DNA of 64,000 nucleotides from Candidatus Chisholmbacteria bacterium RIFCSPHIGHO2_01_FULL_52_32 (GCA_001816585.1 MHCJ01000007.1:2062-66061), one strand, 5' to 3'. Numbered from the stretch's first letter, positions 42,835 to 53,750 are shown. Numbers and translations: made by a program. Notes: generated by a model from the sequence alone, not told the origin.

Positions 42835-45798
42835 TTACTCCTCCTCCCTCTCCCACCACCGTCCTACATGCTTCAGAAGAACATTCCAAATCCTTCTGAC
42901 CAGCGCTCCGAAAACTCTACCATTAAACAGAAATTTATCCAAAAGGATGATCCCGATCACGGCGGAAGCCGCAATCTCAAGCCAAGTCAAAAAGGCCCCG
43001 CGGAACCGAAAATCAACGACCATGGGCTTGCCTTCAAAATCCGGAGGGATCCTTGCCCACATTACGCCTGGATATCCGAGTCCCGTCCGCCAAATCGTCA
43101 GGCCCATTCCCTTCCCCTCCGAAGTCAAACGTGCCGACCACCCGGGAAATCGTGACTCTTTAAACAGAACGCCGCGTGTTCCGTCTCCCGAGACCCGGCG
43201 ATGCGAAGCAGAAACAAACGATGCATCAAACTCCGGACTCTCCGTAGCCTCCGAAAAGGACTCCGGGAGGACAATCCGAAGCAGCGTTTTCAAAAGCTCC
43301 CCTTCCTGGAGGTTACGGTTGCGTTCAAGGTGTGCCGCAAGGTTCAAGCCCGACCAAACAGCGGTTCCCGACCCAACCTGAACGGTAGCAATCACCGGCT
43401 TCCCTGAGAGCCGTAGTAGTACTGAGGCTTTATCGTCAATATCACTATCCTCCGCATAGGAAACGTTCCACGGTCCGCCATCATAGATGAGCGGAGCAAA
43501 TTCCCCGAACGCTATCCCGGAGAGGAGAGGATCAGCCTCAACCTCCCAACGCATTCCTAAATCTCCCCGATGGGTCGCAACCATAGGAAAGAGTGCCGGG
43601 AGTTCCCTGGGAAATGTACCCGGGAGGGCTACTGATTCCGACTCTTTGACTTCTGCTCCCGTGTCAACCAGAACCGCTCCTCCGCCTTCCACAAACCGAA
43701 CCAGCATATTCCATGCCTTCCCATGATTTCGATAGTCATATCCGTAGAGGAAAACGGCGTCAAACTGGACAAGGTCGGATGGTCGCACCTGATCAAGGAA
43801 CTTTGGCCCCTTGACCGGAATAAGCTGACGGCTCGTCAACCCCAGCTGTGCCAGGGTTCTTATGAAAATCTCCCACCGTGGCTCATCACCGACGAACAGA
43901 ACCGAAGGCGCATTGGTCAGGGAGAGGATCGGCCCCACCAGGCTTTCTTGAATCTCAAGAAACCGCACCCAGTTCTGCATCGAAGGCTCGTATCGACCCC
44001 CCCTAATGTCTCCCGGTAGAGGCAAGCGGGCACCCTGCACTGCCCACTTTTCATCCCTGCCAGAGAACTCCGGGGTCGGCAGATACGAGGAGAATGTTGT
44101 CACGACGGATGAACCAGACCCATAGCTCTCCCCAGCCAGATATCGGATCGCATTCCAATCCAAAACAAACCGCGCCGCATTCTTGGACATCTCCACGGGA
44201 TAATCAAATTTTTCCACTGCGACATTATTGTCAAGCACTATATCCATCAGGAATATCCCCCATCGCTGTGCGTCCGTGATTGCCGGATCAATGTATCCGC
44301 GCGCCAGCGGCATATCGTAGTAGCTGTTGAACCAGATGTTGAAAATCTGATCTGCACTATAGAGCCGGTAATCCTTTGTTTGAACCGGAACCCAGGGGGG
44401 AACGGCCACCTTCGCAAAATCCTCCTGGTCTTTCCGGTCCACCACATTGGTTGTCCTCCCGGGAAAACCGGCCGAAAATACCGATTTGAAGTACAGCGAA
44501 TTGTCGAAATCCGAAAGATAGAGCCGTGAACCCAAAATCACAACCACACCTAAGAGAACGACATCCACACCCAAATCAATAACCTTCCGAAAGGCGGTGT
44601 CGGATCGCCCAACAACTGTTGAAAATACTTCCCCCCAACAGACGGAGGTAAAACACCCTATCAGGAGTGGCACCGGCCAAAACACGCGGTACCAACCTCC
44701 GTGGAAGATATCGATACCGATGGAATAGAGATATAAATAGCCGGTGGTATATCCAACCAGAAGGGTAACCCAAAGGATGGAAAAGACGGATGACCTCGAC
44801 ACTTGTCTCTTCACCATCACCCGGATGAAGGTAAAGCTAAAGTACACAAGCAAAAACACAACCACCCCCGCTCCGGCAATCAAAAAGAGCCAAGGATGGC
44901 TGTCGGTGTAGAAGTGGTAGATACGTGTGCGGTAAAACTCCCGCACTTCATCGGAGAGTGCTGGCCCCGGAGTTGCCTGGTAGGTCACCGGAATTTCTCC
45001 GGAAAGACCGGAGAGAATCTGGGCAGGCATCCGAACCAGCGCCGGGAGTCTCACGGCAGTCACCGGAAAACCGATGAAGAAAACCAATACCATGAACAAA
45101 ACCGTTTCAACAATCCTCTGCCGAAAACCCGATGCTTGCTCACGCGGAGCAGTCAGGAGCGAAATGATGGAAAGCGCAAACCCATAAGAAAGCGCCACCT
45201 GTGGATGCCCGTACTGCGAGACACCCAAGGCAAGGATTGCTCCGGCAAACCACCGTTTCTTCCCGGTCTGAAAGTACAGGACAAGGAGAAGCAATGTTAA
45301 AGGAAGAAACATCTGGGTCCCGAAGTAAGGAACGCTACCGCCCCAAATGAGAGCGCCGTAGAGGTTGACTGAATACGTTCCCAAAATCGCAAGGAAAAGC
45401 GCCAATCCCCGATTACGCGAAAGCCTGGCAAAAAGGAGATAGGAAAAGACAAGGAAAGCAAACGTCGTTACGAGCATCCAAAATTGAACCGCCCGAACGG
45501 CAGCAAGTTGGGAAAGGAACGGTAGCGCAGCGTAGAGATGAAGACTCGGGTAATCCAAAATCAAAGGCTCCCCGTTAAAAGCGATGTACTTCCACGACAG
45601 AGGAAGCGTGGCAAAATGCCGACCCAAATAAGCCACAAGGGTCGTCGTATTCAGAAGGTCAACCCCCCGAACCGGAATCGCCTCCCAGTACCACCGCGCC
45701 ACCGGCAGAAATGCCTGGTAGAGAACATAAAGAGCTGCAAGGTGAAGAAACAGCCCCACCAGCAGAATGAGGAAATTGACGATTCTTTTCGCCATCAC
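42835..45798 (-). CDS. large GT-C-like polytopic membrane protein (YfhO-like), paralog A; C-terminal tail GRWWEREEE
   Basis: 987 aa; about 13 N-terminal TM helices and a ~550-aa C-terminal soluble domain; collinear with 45932..48841. Confidence 0.8.
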   Translation of the reverse strand: MMAKRIVNFLILLVGLFLHLAALYVLYQAFLPVARWYWEAIPVRGVDLLNTTTLVAYLGRHFATLPLSWKYIAFNGEPLILDYPSLHLYAALPFLSQLAAVRAVQFWMLVTTFAFLVFSYLLFARLSRNRGLALFLAILGTYSVNLYGALIWGGSVPYFGTQMFLPLTLLLLVLYFQTGKKRWFAGAILALGVSQYGHPQVALSYGFALSIISLLTAPREQASGFRQRIVETVLFMVLVFFIGFPVTAVRLPALVRMPAQILSGLSGEIPVTYQATPGPALSDEVREFYRTRIYHFYTDSHPWLFLIAGAGVVVFLLVYFSFTFIRVMVKRQVSRSSVFSILWVTLLVGYTTGYLYLYSIGIDIFHGGWYRVFWPVPLLIGCFTSVCWGEVFSTVVGRSDTAFRKVIDLGVDVVLLGVVVILGSRLYLSDFDNSLYFKSVFSAGFPGRTTNVVDRKDQEDFAKVAVPPWVPVQTKDYRLYSADQIFNIWFNSYYDMPLARGYIDPAITDAQRWGIFLMDIVLDNNVAVEKFDYPVEMSKNAARFVLDWNAIRYLAGESYGSGSSVVTTFSSYLPTPEFSGRDEKWAVQGARLPLPGDIRGGRYEPSMQNWVRFLEIQESLVGPILSLTNAPSVLFVGDEPRWEIFIRTLAQLGLTSRQLIPVKGPKFLDQVRPSDLVQFDAVFLYGYDYRNHGKAWNMLVRFVEGGGAVLVDTGAEVKESESVALPGTFPRELPALFPMVATHRGDLGMRWEVEADPLLSGIAFGEFAPLIYDGGPWNVSYAEDSDIDDKASVLLRLSGKPVIATVQVGSGTAVWSGLNLAAHLERNRNLQEGELLKTLLRIVLPESFSEATESPEFDASFVSASHRRVSGDGTRGVLFKESRFPGWSARLTSEGKGMGLTIWRTGLGYPGVMWARIPPDFEGKPMVVDFRFRGAFLTWLEIAASAVIGIILLDKFLFNGRVFGALVRRIWNVLLKHVGRWWEREEE

Positions 45799-45931
45799 TA
45801 AGCCTTTTTAATTGCTATATTGTTACATTGTTCTACTGTTGGTAGATCAAAGATTGAGTGTTTTCAACAATATAACAGTGAAGCAATATAACAATATCTC
45901 TTTGTCTCCAATCCCTCCCTCTCCTACCTCC

Positions 45932-48841
45932 TCACTCCTCCTCTCTCTCCCACCACCGTCCGACGCGTGCAAGAACTCTTGAAAGAAGTTTCAGGACTCG
46001 CTTACCCACAAACCAGCCGTTGAACAGGGAAAGATCAACCAAGGTCAGACCCGCCACCCACGATAAAATCCAGGGAAGATACCACTGAAACCTCCCCCAG
46101 TAGGTAAATCGTGCTTCTACCGGTCCTTGCCCGCTCAGCGGAACGTACAGGTATCCCGGGTACGCCGGCCCGGCCGTATAGGCTTTCGCCGTTTTTCCGT
46201 TCACCGTCACCTGCCAGCCGGGATAGAACTGTTCCTTGAACAGGATGCCTCTTCCGCTCTGATCGGAGCGGAAAGAAACTGATCGGGAGCTTTCAAACCT
46301 CGGCTCCCCCGCCGAAATATCGGTCAGATTGAGAGGAACCAATTCGTCGAGAAGATTCACCAGGAGTCTGCTTTCCATAACGTTGGTATTGGCATGAACG
46401 TGGTAGGCAAGGTTCATCCCGCTCCAGAGAACAGTCCCCTCCCCCAAAGGATAACGCACCAGAACCGGCTTTCCTCTCTGAAACAACAGAACCTCTGCCT
46501 TTGCATCAACCTCCGAAACAGGATAGGAAAACTTCCACTCGCCATCCTCCCAAGTTGGCGGAGAAAATGCCTCAAAATCAACTCCCGAAAAGACAGGATC
46601 GGAGGACGCAGTAATTTCCCATTGTGAACCTAAGCCCTGACGTTGGGCATCTAAAAATGGGAAGAGTTCCGGAAGGTTGAGGCGCGCTGACTCCCGTGTT
46701 TCACTCCCGGTATCGATCAGAACCTTCCCGCCCGCTGAAACATACCGGGAAAGTGAGGAAAACGCCTTATCCCGATTCCTGTAACGGTAGTTGGCAAGGT
46801 AAACCACATCAAAGGATGACAAATCGCTTGTCGAGAAGCTGTCAACGGGCTTTTCCGAATATGCAGTAATCAGAAACCGCGAATGGATGTTGTTCATGGA
46901 CAGCGCTTTAATCAGAGCCTCATACGCCGGCCAATCGCACAGACAAAGAAGAGACGGGGCGTTTGAAACGGAGACTACCGGTGAGACCAGCTCATCCTTA
47001 ACTCGGAAGTACTCAAGATACTGCGGGATGTCCATAATTTCCGGTTTTCCTGAAGGCGTTTCATAGAGCCGGTACAATCCCACGGTCTTCGTCTGTGCCT
47101 GCTCCGCTATGGCACCCTCAAGAAAGGACGAAGGTCTCTTATTGTCCGAAATCGAAACATGCCCGCCTTCAAAGTAGCGGACGGCATTCCAATCGATGTA
47201 GTAAAGCGCCATATTTTTCGCCGTATCCACGGGATAATGGAAGTTCTCGACAAGCCCGTCGGCACCCAAAGCCTGATCGGTCAGGAAAATTTGCCCCATC
47301 CGATCGGTCCCGATCGGCGGATCGATATATCCCCGCACCAACGGCATATCAAAAAGCGCATTCCACCACACATTAACCTGGGCATCAGTCTCATATAATC
47401 GCCAGTTGCGGTCAAAAGGGTCAAGCCACGCCGGAACAAGATCCTTCTGAAGCCTCGTAAGATCCTCGTCTGAACGGATCAAGTTGATCGCTTCAGGATA
47501 TGCACTGGAAGGCGATGACTTTTCAGTCACAACCGCAAGCGTCTTTGCAAGGTCCACTGACTGGTACACCACTCCGAGCATACCCACAGACAGAACGCCC
47601 AGAGCCACGGAAGCGATTTTCCCAAAGGTCCGGGTAATCCTCGAAAACGTGTCCAATATGTAGCCGACGATTACGGCCAGAAGAAGGCCAAGACTTACCG
47701 GAAAATGCCAGAACGCCCGATACCATCCCTGTGACAGGAACGGAAAACCATAGCTATTGGCAAACACGTGCAGGATGGAATATCCGGCCAAGATTGCCCA
47801 CGGGACAATCCGAAGCACCTGTTTCTTTTCTTTATCCATGACGAGAGCGACGAGAAACACCGCCACGGCAAAACCGATTATGGCAAATATCCACGGATTG
47901 GTATCTGAAAAAAGAACCAGGAATCTGCTCTGTTCCCAGGCAGCTTGGGCGGAATCTTTCATTCCCGCCAGGCCACCCTCGCGAAATTGCGCTCCCGAAG
48001 AGGCGGCGCCAAAGGAGGTCAACAACCGTCCCTTGAGCGAAGCGATGAAAAGCCCGCTGAACAAGGAGGTCGTGACGCGGTTTGAGAGGATCGTAAGTCC
48101 CACAAGAAAGACCGCGAACTCCCCCAGACGCCCCTTGAGTCCGAGCGGCTGTTTCCGCCATCCCAGGAAGAGAAGGAGGGCCGCCGAAACCAAGACAAAC
48201 GTTCCCGCGTTCATCGCGTGCCCGAGAAATGCCAGCCCAACCAAAAATACGGACCCCCAGAACCAACCCCGACGGCCAGTCTCAAGATAACTGGATAACG
48301 TCCAAAGGCACAGTGGAAAAAACAGCTGATTGGCAAAATAGGGCAAACTCCCTCCCCAGGTCAACGACCCGTAGAGGTTAGGAGAAAAAGCCACCAGCAC
48401 GGCAATCACGACTGCAAACAGATGGTTTCTGCTTAATCGCTGGGCTGTAAGATAGGTAAACACAAGAAAGAGGAACAGACTGACAAGCATCCCGACCTTG
48501 ACCGAGGCAATCAGGGGCAACCAGCGCGCCAGGATGGAAATCGGATAATACCAGCCGATCGAAAAATCGGGATACAGGGGTGAACCCCCAAACCAAAAGG
48601 AGCGATATGCCCACGGGGGGAAATTGAAATTCTCTGCAAACATCCGCACATGGGTCACGGTATTGAAGAAATCAACACCAAGAATCGGTCGGAAATCAAA
48701 GTACCATGAAGCGATCGGCCAAACGGCCGCACCGAGAATGAGGATTGCAACCAGATGGAAAAAAATCCCTATGGCAGTCTTTATGACGGCAACAAGCTTC
48801 ACATGTTTCTCCCAATGCCATTCCGTTCGTCTCTCCCCCAT
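45932..48841 (-). CDS. large GT-C-like polytopic membrane protein (YfhO-like), paralog B; C-terminal tail GRWWEREEE
   Basis: 969 aa; same architecture and the same last 9 residues as paralog A. Confidence 0.8.
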   Translation of the reverse strand: MGERRTEWHWEKHVKLVAVIKTAIGIFFHLVAILILGAAVWPIASWYFDFRPILGVDFFNTVTHVRMFAENFNFPPWAYRSFWFGGSPLYPDFSIGWYYPISILARWLPLIASVKVGMLVSLFLFLVFTYLTAQRLSRNHLFAVVIAVLVAFSPNLYGSLTWGGSLPYFANQLFFPLCLWTLSSYLETGRRGWFWGSVFLVGLAFLGHAMNAGTFVLVSAALLLFLGWRKQPLGLKGRLGEFAVFLVGLTILSNRVTTSLFSGLFIASLKGRLLTSFGAASSGAQFREGGLAGMKDSAQAAWEQSRFLVLFSDTNPWIFAIIGFAVAVFLVALVMDKEKKQVLRIVPWAILAGYSILHVFANSYGFPFLSQGWYRAFWHFPVSLGLLLAVIVGYILDTFSRITRTFGKIASVALGVLSVGMLGVVYQSVDLAKTLAVVTEKSSPSSAYPEAINLIRSDEDLTRLQKDLVPAWLDPFDRNWRLYETDAQVNVWWNALFDMPLVRGYIDPPIGTDRMGQIFLTDQALGADGLVENFHYPVDTAKNMALYYIDWNAVRYFEGGHVSISDNKRPSSFLEGAIAEQAQTKTVGLYRLYETPSGKPEIMDIPQYLEYFRVKDELVSPVVSVSNAPSLLCLCDWPAYEALIKALSMNNIHSRFLITAYSEKPVDSFSTSDLSSFDVVYLANYRYRNRDKAFSSLSRYVSAGGKVLIDTGSETRESARLNLPELFPFLDAQRQGLGSQWEITASSDPVFSGVDFEAFSPPTWEDGEWKFSYPVSEVDAKAEVLLFQRGKPVLVRYPLGEGTVLWSGMNLAYHVHANTNVMESRLLVNLLDELVPLNLTDISAGEPRFESSRSVSFRSDQSGRGILFKEQFYPGWQVTVNGKTAKAYTAGPAYPGYLYVPLSGQGPVEARFTYWGRFQWYLPWILSWVAGLTLVDLSLFNGWFVGKRVLKLLSRVLARVGRWWEREEE

Positions 48842-48878
48842 ACTATCAAAAAGCTACCCTTGAAGGAAATGGAAATTC

Positions 48879-50036
48879 TTACGCAATCCAAAAGTGCAGG
48901 CTAAAAAGAAGTAAAAACCACACCAGGACAACAACCGACAGGGACAATACGAGAAGAGCCACCCACGGCCGTCGAAGAAGTCCGGGCAAAATCAAAAAAC
49001 TTGGGAAGAGAACCAGGACGAATCTCGGCGCCCCTTTGAGTGTTCCGACGGATAGCATCATAACCAGGGACAGAAACTGATACATGCCATAGGACAACCG
49101 TAGGCGGCGAAAGACAACCATGGTCAAAAACAGAAACAGAAGAAAGAACGATAAGTCAGATAACTCCTTGAGTTGTACGAGAAGGAGTGGAGTCAGTCCG
49201 CCGGCGATTGCCCGAAAAACAACCGGAATTTCTGAAAAATAGGAGCCAAGAACCAAAAGAGGTGAGGTCAACGCTCGTTCGCGCTGCCAAGGTCCCTCTC
49301 CCCACTTTGAGAGATCACGCAAAAAAAGCAAGGGGTCACCGAATCTGTCCCAAAGGAACCAACACCAAGGGAGAAGTGCCAACGGAATAAGAAAGAGAGC
49401 CAAATGCTGCCGTCTCAACTGCCTCTTCCGAATGGCAATTTCGATAAGAAAGCTCGGGAAGAGTAACAATCCCTGCAACCGTGTCAGCGCCGCCAGCCCG
49501 CCAAACAAGCCTGCCGGGATAAACCGGTCCCTGCGAAAGAACCAGAAACTTACGACCGTCAGAAACAAGAACAGGCTTTCTCCGTACGCCGCCGCGAAGA
49601 AAAACGACGTCGGAAAGACCAGGAGAAACAGGAGAACCTGCCATGCCAATCCCCTGCTTCGAAGTTCCCCAATTCCCAAACGATACAACCACAGCATTGC
49701 CAGAAAAAAGAAAACCAGCGAGAGGACCTGGGAAGCCGCGAGTTCGCTGCCGAGAAAAACAGGTGCAAACAAGCGAATCAGGAGTGGGTAAAGGGGAAAA
49801 CGAAGCGTTAAGCCCGGGGTATCGTACCCGAATCGCGCGATGTAGGTATGCCAGTAGCCATCCCATAATCCGAAGGTCTGAAAGGCAATGGCTGGGACAG
49901 ACCATGGAATCGATAAGCCGCGGATGGTGAATAACTGGATGAGAAAGAGGGAGAACCGCCATCCAAGAAGGAGAATGAGAAGGCGAAACCAAAAGTGAGA
50001 AGTAATCCTGCACATGGAGCTCAGCCTGAGTTTCAT
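48879..50036 (-). CDS. polytopic membrane protein, GT87/DUF2029-like putative mannosyltransferase
   Basis: 385 aa; about 10 TM helices; WDGYWHTYIARFGY motif region reminiscent of GT-C family 87. Confidence 0.55.
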   Translation of the reverse strand: MKLRLSSMCRITSHFWFRLLILLLGWRFSLFLIQLFTIRGLSIPWSVPAIAFQTFGLWDGYWHTYIARFGYDTPGLTLRFPLYPLLIRLFAPVFLGSELAASQVLSLVFFFLAMLWLYRLGIGELRSRGLAWQVLLFLLVFPTSFFFAAAYGESLFLFLTVVSFWFFRRDRFIPAGLFGGLAALTRLQGLLLFPSFLIEIAIRKRQLRRQHLALFLIPLALLPWCWFLWDRFGDPLLFLRDLSKWGEGPWQRERALTSPLLVLGSYFSEIPVVFRAIAGGLTPLLLVQLKELSDLSFFLLFLFLTMVVFRRLRLSYGMYQFLSLVMMLSVGTLKGAPRFVLVLFPSFLILPGLLRRPWVALLVLSLSVVVLVWFLLLFSLHFWIA

Positions 50037-50083
50037 AGTCCCTTAGCGATTACCAATCACCTTATCATAACTGTTCAAGCATA

Positions 50084-50962
50084 TTGTGCCCACGAAAAGT
50101 TGGGAAATCGCTTTCGGCAATAATCCCTTATAATGGATACGCCAAAACCATGACGAAATCATACATCGCACTGGTCAATGCCAGAAAGCTTTGTTCACTT
50201 GTCTTGTCTCCCCATACCTACACCGAAATCTCCAATTGGCCGCTTTACTTTGCGGACCACCTCGGACTTGTGCACGGAGAATATACCCTCAGGTTCCGCA
50301 GGGACTTCAAGCTATTGCTGCAGGCAAACCACCCTGTCAAATGGCCAATCCAGGAGATTGTCATTCAAGATGACTATCGGTTACGTTCGCTCAAGGCAGA
50401 CCCGCCATCAATCATTATCGATCTGGGGGCTTGTATTGGTATGTTCTCTCTGTATGCAAAAGCGCTCTTCCCCAAAGCCAAAATCTATGCCTTTGAACCA
50501 TTTGCCGGGTATTTCCCGGGTCTTGAAAAGAACATCAGGCTAAATAGCCTTGGAATGGGCATTATTCCCTATCCTCTGGCTTGTTATTCCGAAACAGCAG
50601 TACGATTGTTGAAATCAGGAAAAACGCTGAAATCTCCCCCGTTGGCCGCACCGTCCTGGATCTATTCCTACAAAGATTCGATCTCCCTGCAGGGTATTTT
50701 GGACTACAACAAGTTATCAACTTGTGATCTTCTCAAAATCGACGTCGAGGGCGCCGAATACGACATCATCTACTCGCTTCCGGCTCGAATGTACCGTCGC
50801 ATCCGCAGAATCCACCTCGAATACCACAACCTGGACGTAAAAACTGACCTCAACGGACACAGTTTGAAAAAGTGGTTAGAAAAAAATCATTTTGAAGTCG
50901 TCCAAACAAAGGTACCGTTTCAGAAAATGGGAATGATCTTCGCCACCAACCTTGCCCCGTGA
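50084..50962 (+). CDS. FkbM-family methyltransferase
   Basis: 292 aa; IIDLGACIGMF, AFEP, KIDVEGAE motifs. Confidence 0.75.
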   Translation: MCPRKVGKSLSAIIPYNGYAKTMTKSYIALVNARKLCSLVLSPHTYTEISNWPLYFADHLGLVHGEYTLRFRRDFKLLLQANHPVKWPIQEIVIQDDYRLRSLKADPPSIIIDLGACIGMFSLYAKALFPKAKIYAFEPFAGYFPGLEKNIRLNSLGMGIIPYPLACYSETAVRLLKSGKTLKSPPLAAPSWIYSYKDSISLQGILDYNKLSTCDLLKIDVEGAEYDIIYSLPARMYRRIRRIHLEYHNLDVKTDLNGHSLKKWLEKNHFEVVQTKVPFQKMGMIFATNLAP

Positions 50963-50990
50963 GATCAGCCATGTATCTCACCGGGACTGC

Positions 50991-51065
50991 CCTCTCCTCT
51001 CCTCTCCTCTCCTCTCCTCTCCTCTCCGCTCCGCTCTACGCCCTACGCTCTTAGCCCTCTACCCT
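50991..51065. repeat. pentamer (CCTCT)x7, then CCGCT x2, then heptamers CTACGCC CTACGCT CTTAGCC CTCTACC in a convergent intergenic region
   Basis: perfect pentamer run; heptamers are of the same TACGCCC family as 34807 and 55281. Confidence 0.85.
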
Positions 51066-52790
51066 CTCATAGATCTCTATCCCCGGACCTGGTCGACTCA
51101 AGCCCGAAAATCCGACAAATGGGACGTAAAAACGATCCTGCTGGTCATAGATTTGTGCCCCAGAACCGGCATCAACCCCTGCAAATCTGGCCACCAAGAG
51201 ATACGACCGTTCAAGTATTTCTGGGATTCCTTCAGGAACGGTACTGTATCCCCTAAGCGGCGACCGCTCAACGACGATGTAGCCAGGCAAACCCTCTTCT
51301 TCATCACCCGCATAGAAAAACTTCTTGCGAGAAGGATCATACGTCCATAAGACAAAGCCCTCATGTCCTCTCTCATCTCGAATCCGTATCTCCCGCTCTA
51401 AAATCCGGGCCCGCAGTAGGTTTCCCATTCCCCCCAGAGCTTCCTTCTCCCCAACCTTCCTCTCCAAATCTTCTTTCGTCGGCGGGAGAAGGAGAGTCGC
51501 CGCCGTCTGGTATACGCTGTTCTGATTTGCAAGGTGTGAATCCAAGAACGAAAGAACAAGCAACCGGCTATCCGTTCGGGACAGGAGGCGGTCAAACTCA
51601 AAAACGGTACGTGCCGACGGAAGAACAATAATAACGGCCAGCATAATCTCAACCAACATCCGCCGTCGTCCGCGAAGCTTGAGTAAGGTGCCGACCGTCC
51701 GAACGAACACCGCCCCGAGAATGCAGAGAAAGGGCACGATCGGCACCATGTAGCGTGTCATCACCGCGTAACCCTTCCCGGCAAGTACAAAGTAAAAGAT
51801 GGGGAACGCAAGGAAAACAACCGCCTTTGCAGGATAACGACGCAGAAAAAACAACATGCCAAGCATGGAGGCCGCAAATAAGCTCCAACCCAAGCCATAA
51901 AAAAGTGCCACCTGGACATTAAACCACCATCCCCTTCCGAGAAAGACATTCCCCCACACAACATCCAGGTTCCTGGCATTCAACATCACATCGGAAAGGA
52001 AGGTTTTCAAATCCAATAACGCAAACGGCACCCCGATAAGAAAAGCCAACAGAAACGCTGCCCCAAAAAGTGTTATTCGCCTCAACACAAAAAGGGTAAT
52101 AGCTTCACTTCCTGCCCGCCGCGGTGCCCGAAAAAATGACGCAAGAGCAATCGGAAGAACCAGTAGGATTCCGATGTACTTCGTTGCCGCCGCCAGGCCC
52201 GCAAATACCCCGGATAAAACAACGCTTTTCCTGCCTCTCTCCGTGAGAGAGCGGATGATGAAATAAAAGGAAACAAGGAGCCAAAACGTGGCTGCCACAT
52301 CCACCGTTCCGAAATGGGATTCCCGAACATGAAGATATGCCAAACTCAAAAAGAAACTCGAAAGGGATGCCGTCCGCCGATCAAAAAGCCGCTTTGCAAT
52401 AAAGTAGAGCAAAACGACGCTCAAAACCCCGAAACCGACCGAAACAAGCCTGGCCATGAGATAAAAAACACTTGGATTCAGCCGGTATTCCAAACCTAAG
52501 TCCGCAGGTGCCTGATACCGTCCCGAAAAAATCCCGACGGTAAAGTAGAGTCCGTAAAGCAGAAACAAAAAGTACATGGGAAACGTGGGATAGATAAACG
52601 TATTTGGATTGAGCGACCCTCCCCCGAAGCCAAGCGCGACAGTGACAAGATACGCCTCATCCGGCCGGGCAATCTCCATCGGCAATCCAAAGCGAATTCC
52701 CCATAGGCGCACAGAGGCTGCCAGAACCACGGTGGCAATAAGAAGAGAATGACGACGAAAGGCAAGGGCAACTCCCAGAAGACTCCACAT
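51051..52790 (-). CDS. GT-C membrane glycosyltransferase, GT39/ArnT-like
   Basis: 579 aa; about 12 TM helices; N-terminal R..D.L loop region; overall ArnT/PMT_2-like topology. Confidence 0.7.
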   Translation of the reverse strand: MWSLLGVALAFRRHSLLIATVVLAASVRLWGIRFGLPMEIARPDEAYLVTVALGFGGGSLNPNTFIYPTFPMYFLFLLYGLYFTVGIFSGRYQAPADLGLEYRLNPSVFYLMARLVSVGFGVLSVVLLYFIAKRLFDRRTASLSSFFLSLAYLHVRESHFGTVDVAATFWLLVSFYFIIRSLTERGRKSVVLSGVFAGLAAATKYIGILLVLPIALASFFRAPRRAGSEAITLFVLRRITLFGAAFLLAFLIGVPFALLDLKTFLSDVMLNARNLDVVWGNVFLGRGWWFNVQVALFYGLGWSLFAASMLGMLFFLRRYPAKAVVFLAFPIFYFVLAGKGYAVMTRYMVPIVPFLCILGAVFVRTVGTLLKLRGRRRMLVEIMLAVIIVLPSARTVFEFDRLLSRTDSRLLVLSFLDSHLANQNSVYQTAATLLLPPTKEDLERKVGEKEALGGMGNLLRARILEREIRIRDERGHEGFVLWTYDPSRKKFFYAGDEEEGLPGYIVVERSPLRGYSTVPEGIPEILERSYLLVARFAGVDAGSGAQIYDQQDRFYVPFVGFSGLSRPGPGIEIYERVEG

Positions 52791-52911
52791 AGAATTTTAT
52801 ACCCCTTTCACACTAGAATGTGCGCTTCATAGGCTTATTCAGCCATATCGCACATCTGGTGTTTCGGGGTATTGCACGCTATTATTAGATACAAATTAGA
52901 GTAAGATGAGT

Positions 52912-53607
52912 TTACTTGCGCACCAGGCAACGGAACAAGGTATATACTGCTTCTATTCCGTCAAAAGCGGAGATCTTCTTCCCGGATTCTTTCGTACGCG
53001 GTCGGTAGCTTATGGGAACCTCAAAGATCCGATATCCCCGCTGGGCAATTCGTGCCGTAATCTCAGGCTCTATATCAAACTCCAAGGCACGCAACCGAAT
53101 CCCATCGATCACTTCCCTGCGAAAGGCTTTATATGCCGTCTCCATATCAGTCAGACGGGTCCCGTATAAAAGATTCGTAAGCGTTGTCAGAATGGAGTTC
53201 GCCAGCCTCGTTTTGAGGGGTATGTTCCTATTTTCTTTCAAGAAACGCGATCCGTACACCACGTCCGCCTTCCCTTCGAGAATCGGGTTGATGATGGTGA
53301 GATATTCTCTTGGATCCAACTCCAAATCCGCATCCTGGATGATGATGATATCTCCCGTGGCATACTTTAGTCCCACCCGGATAGAAGCCCCTTTCCCAAG
53401 ATTGATAAATGAGAGATGTACCTTGGTGGTTTTCGGATCAAGTTGTTGTTCGCGAAGGATCTCCTCCCGACTTCCGTCGGTCGACGAATCATCCACCAGA
53501 ACCACCTCTTTGGAAACGACTCCAAGCTTCACAGCCCGCACCTTCCGCATCACCTCGCCGATGGTCTGAAGCTCATTGTAGACCGGGATAATAATGGAAA
53601 GTTTCAT
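52912..53607 (-). CDS. GT2 polyprenyl-phosphate glycosyltransferase (GtrB/CsbB-like)
   Basis: start MKLSIIIPVYNE; VDDSSTDGS; IQDADLE; about 230 aa, typical of Und-P-sugar synthases. Confidence 0.85.
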   Translation of the reverse strand: MKLSIIIPVYNELQTIGEVMRKVRAVKLGVVSKEVVLVDDSSTDGSREEILREQQLDPKTTKVHLSFINLGKGASIRVGLKYATGDIIIIQDADLELDPREYLTIINPILEGKADVVYGSRFLKENRNIPLKTRLANSILTTLTNLLYGTRLTDMETAYKAFRREVIDGIRLRALEFDIEPEITARIAQRGYRIFEVPISYRPRTKESGKKISAFDGIEAVYTLFRCLVRK

Positions 53608-53750
53608 TTCAAAGCCCCGCACAAGGCTAAAATATCGCAGTCACTATACCTATAGAGCTTCTGCACCCATTTATCAAGCGCCTCAAGCAAACGAATTTGT
53701 CTCCCCTTCCCGCTTCGGTTATACTCGCCCCAAAGTGTTAACGAACCACG

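Noticed and set aside
45905-45960. CT-rich tract looking like a simple repeat
   Set aside because: It encodes the conserved RWWEREEE tail and 3' flank shared by the two paralogs (also at 42790-42850); paralogy, not a slippage repeat.
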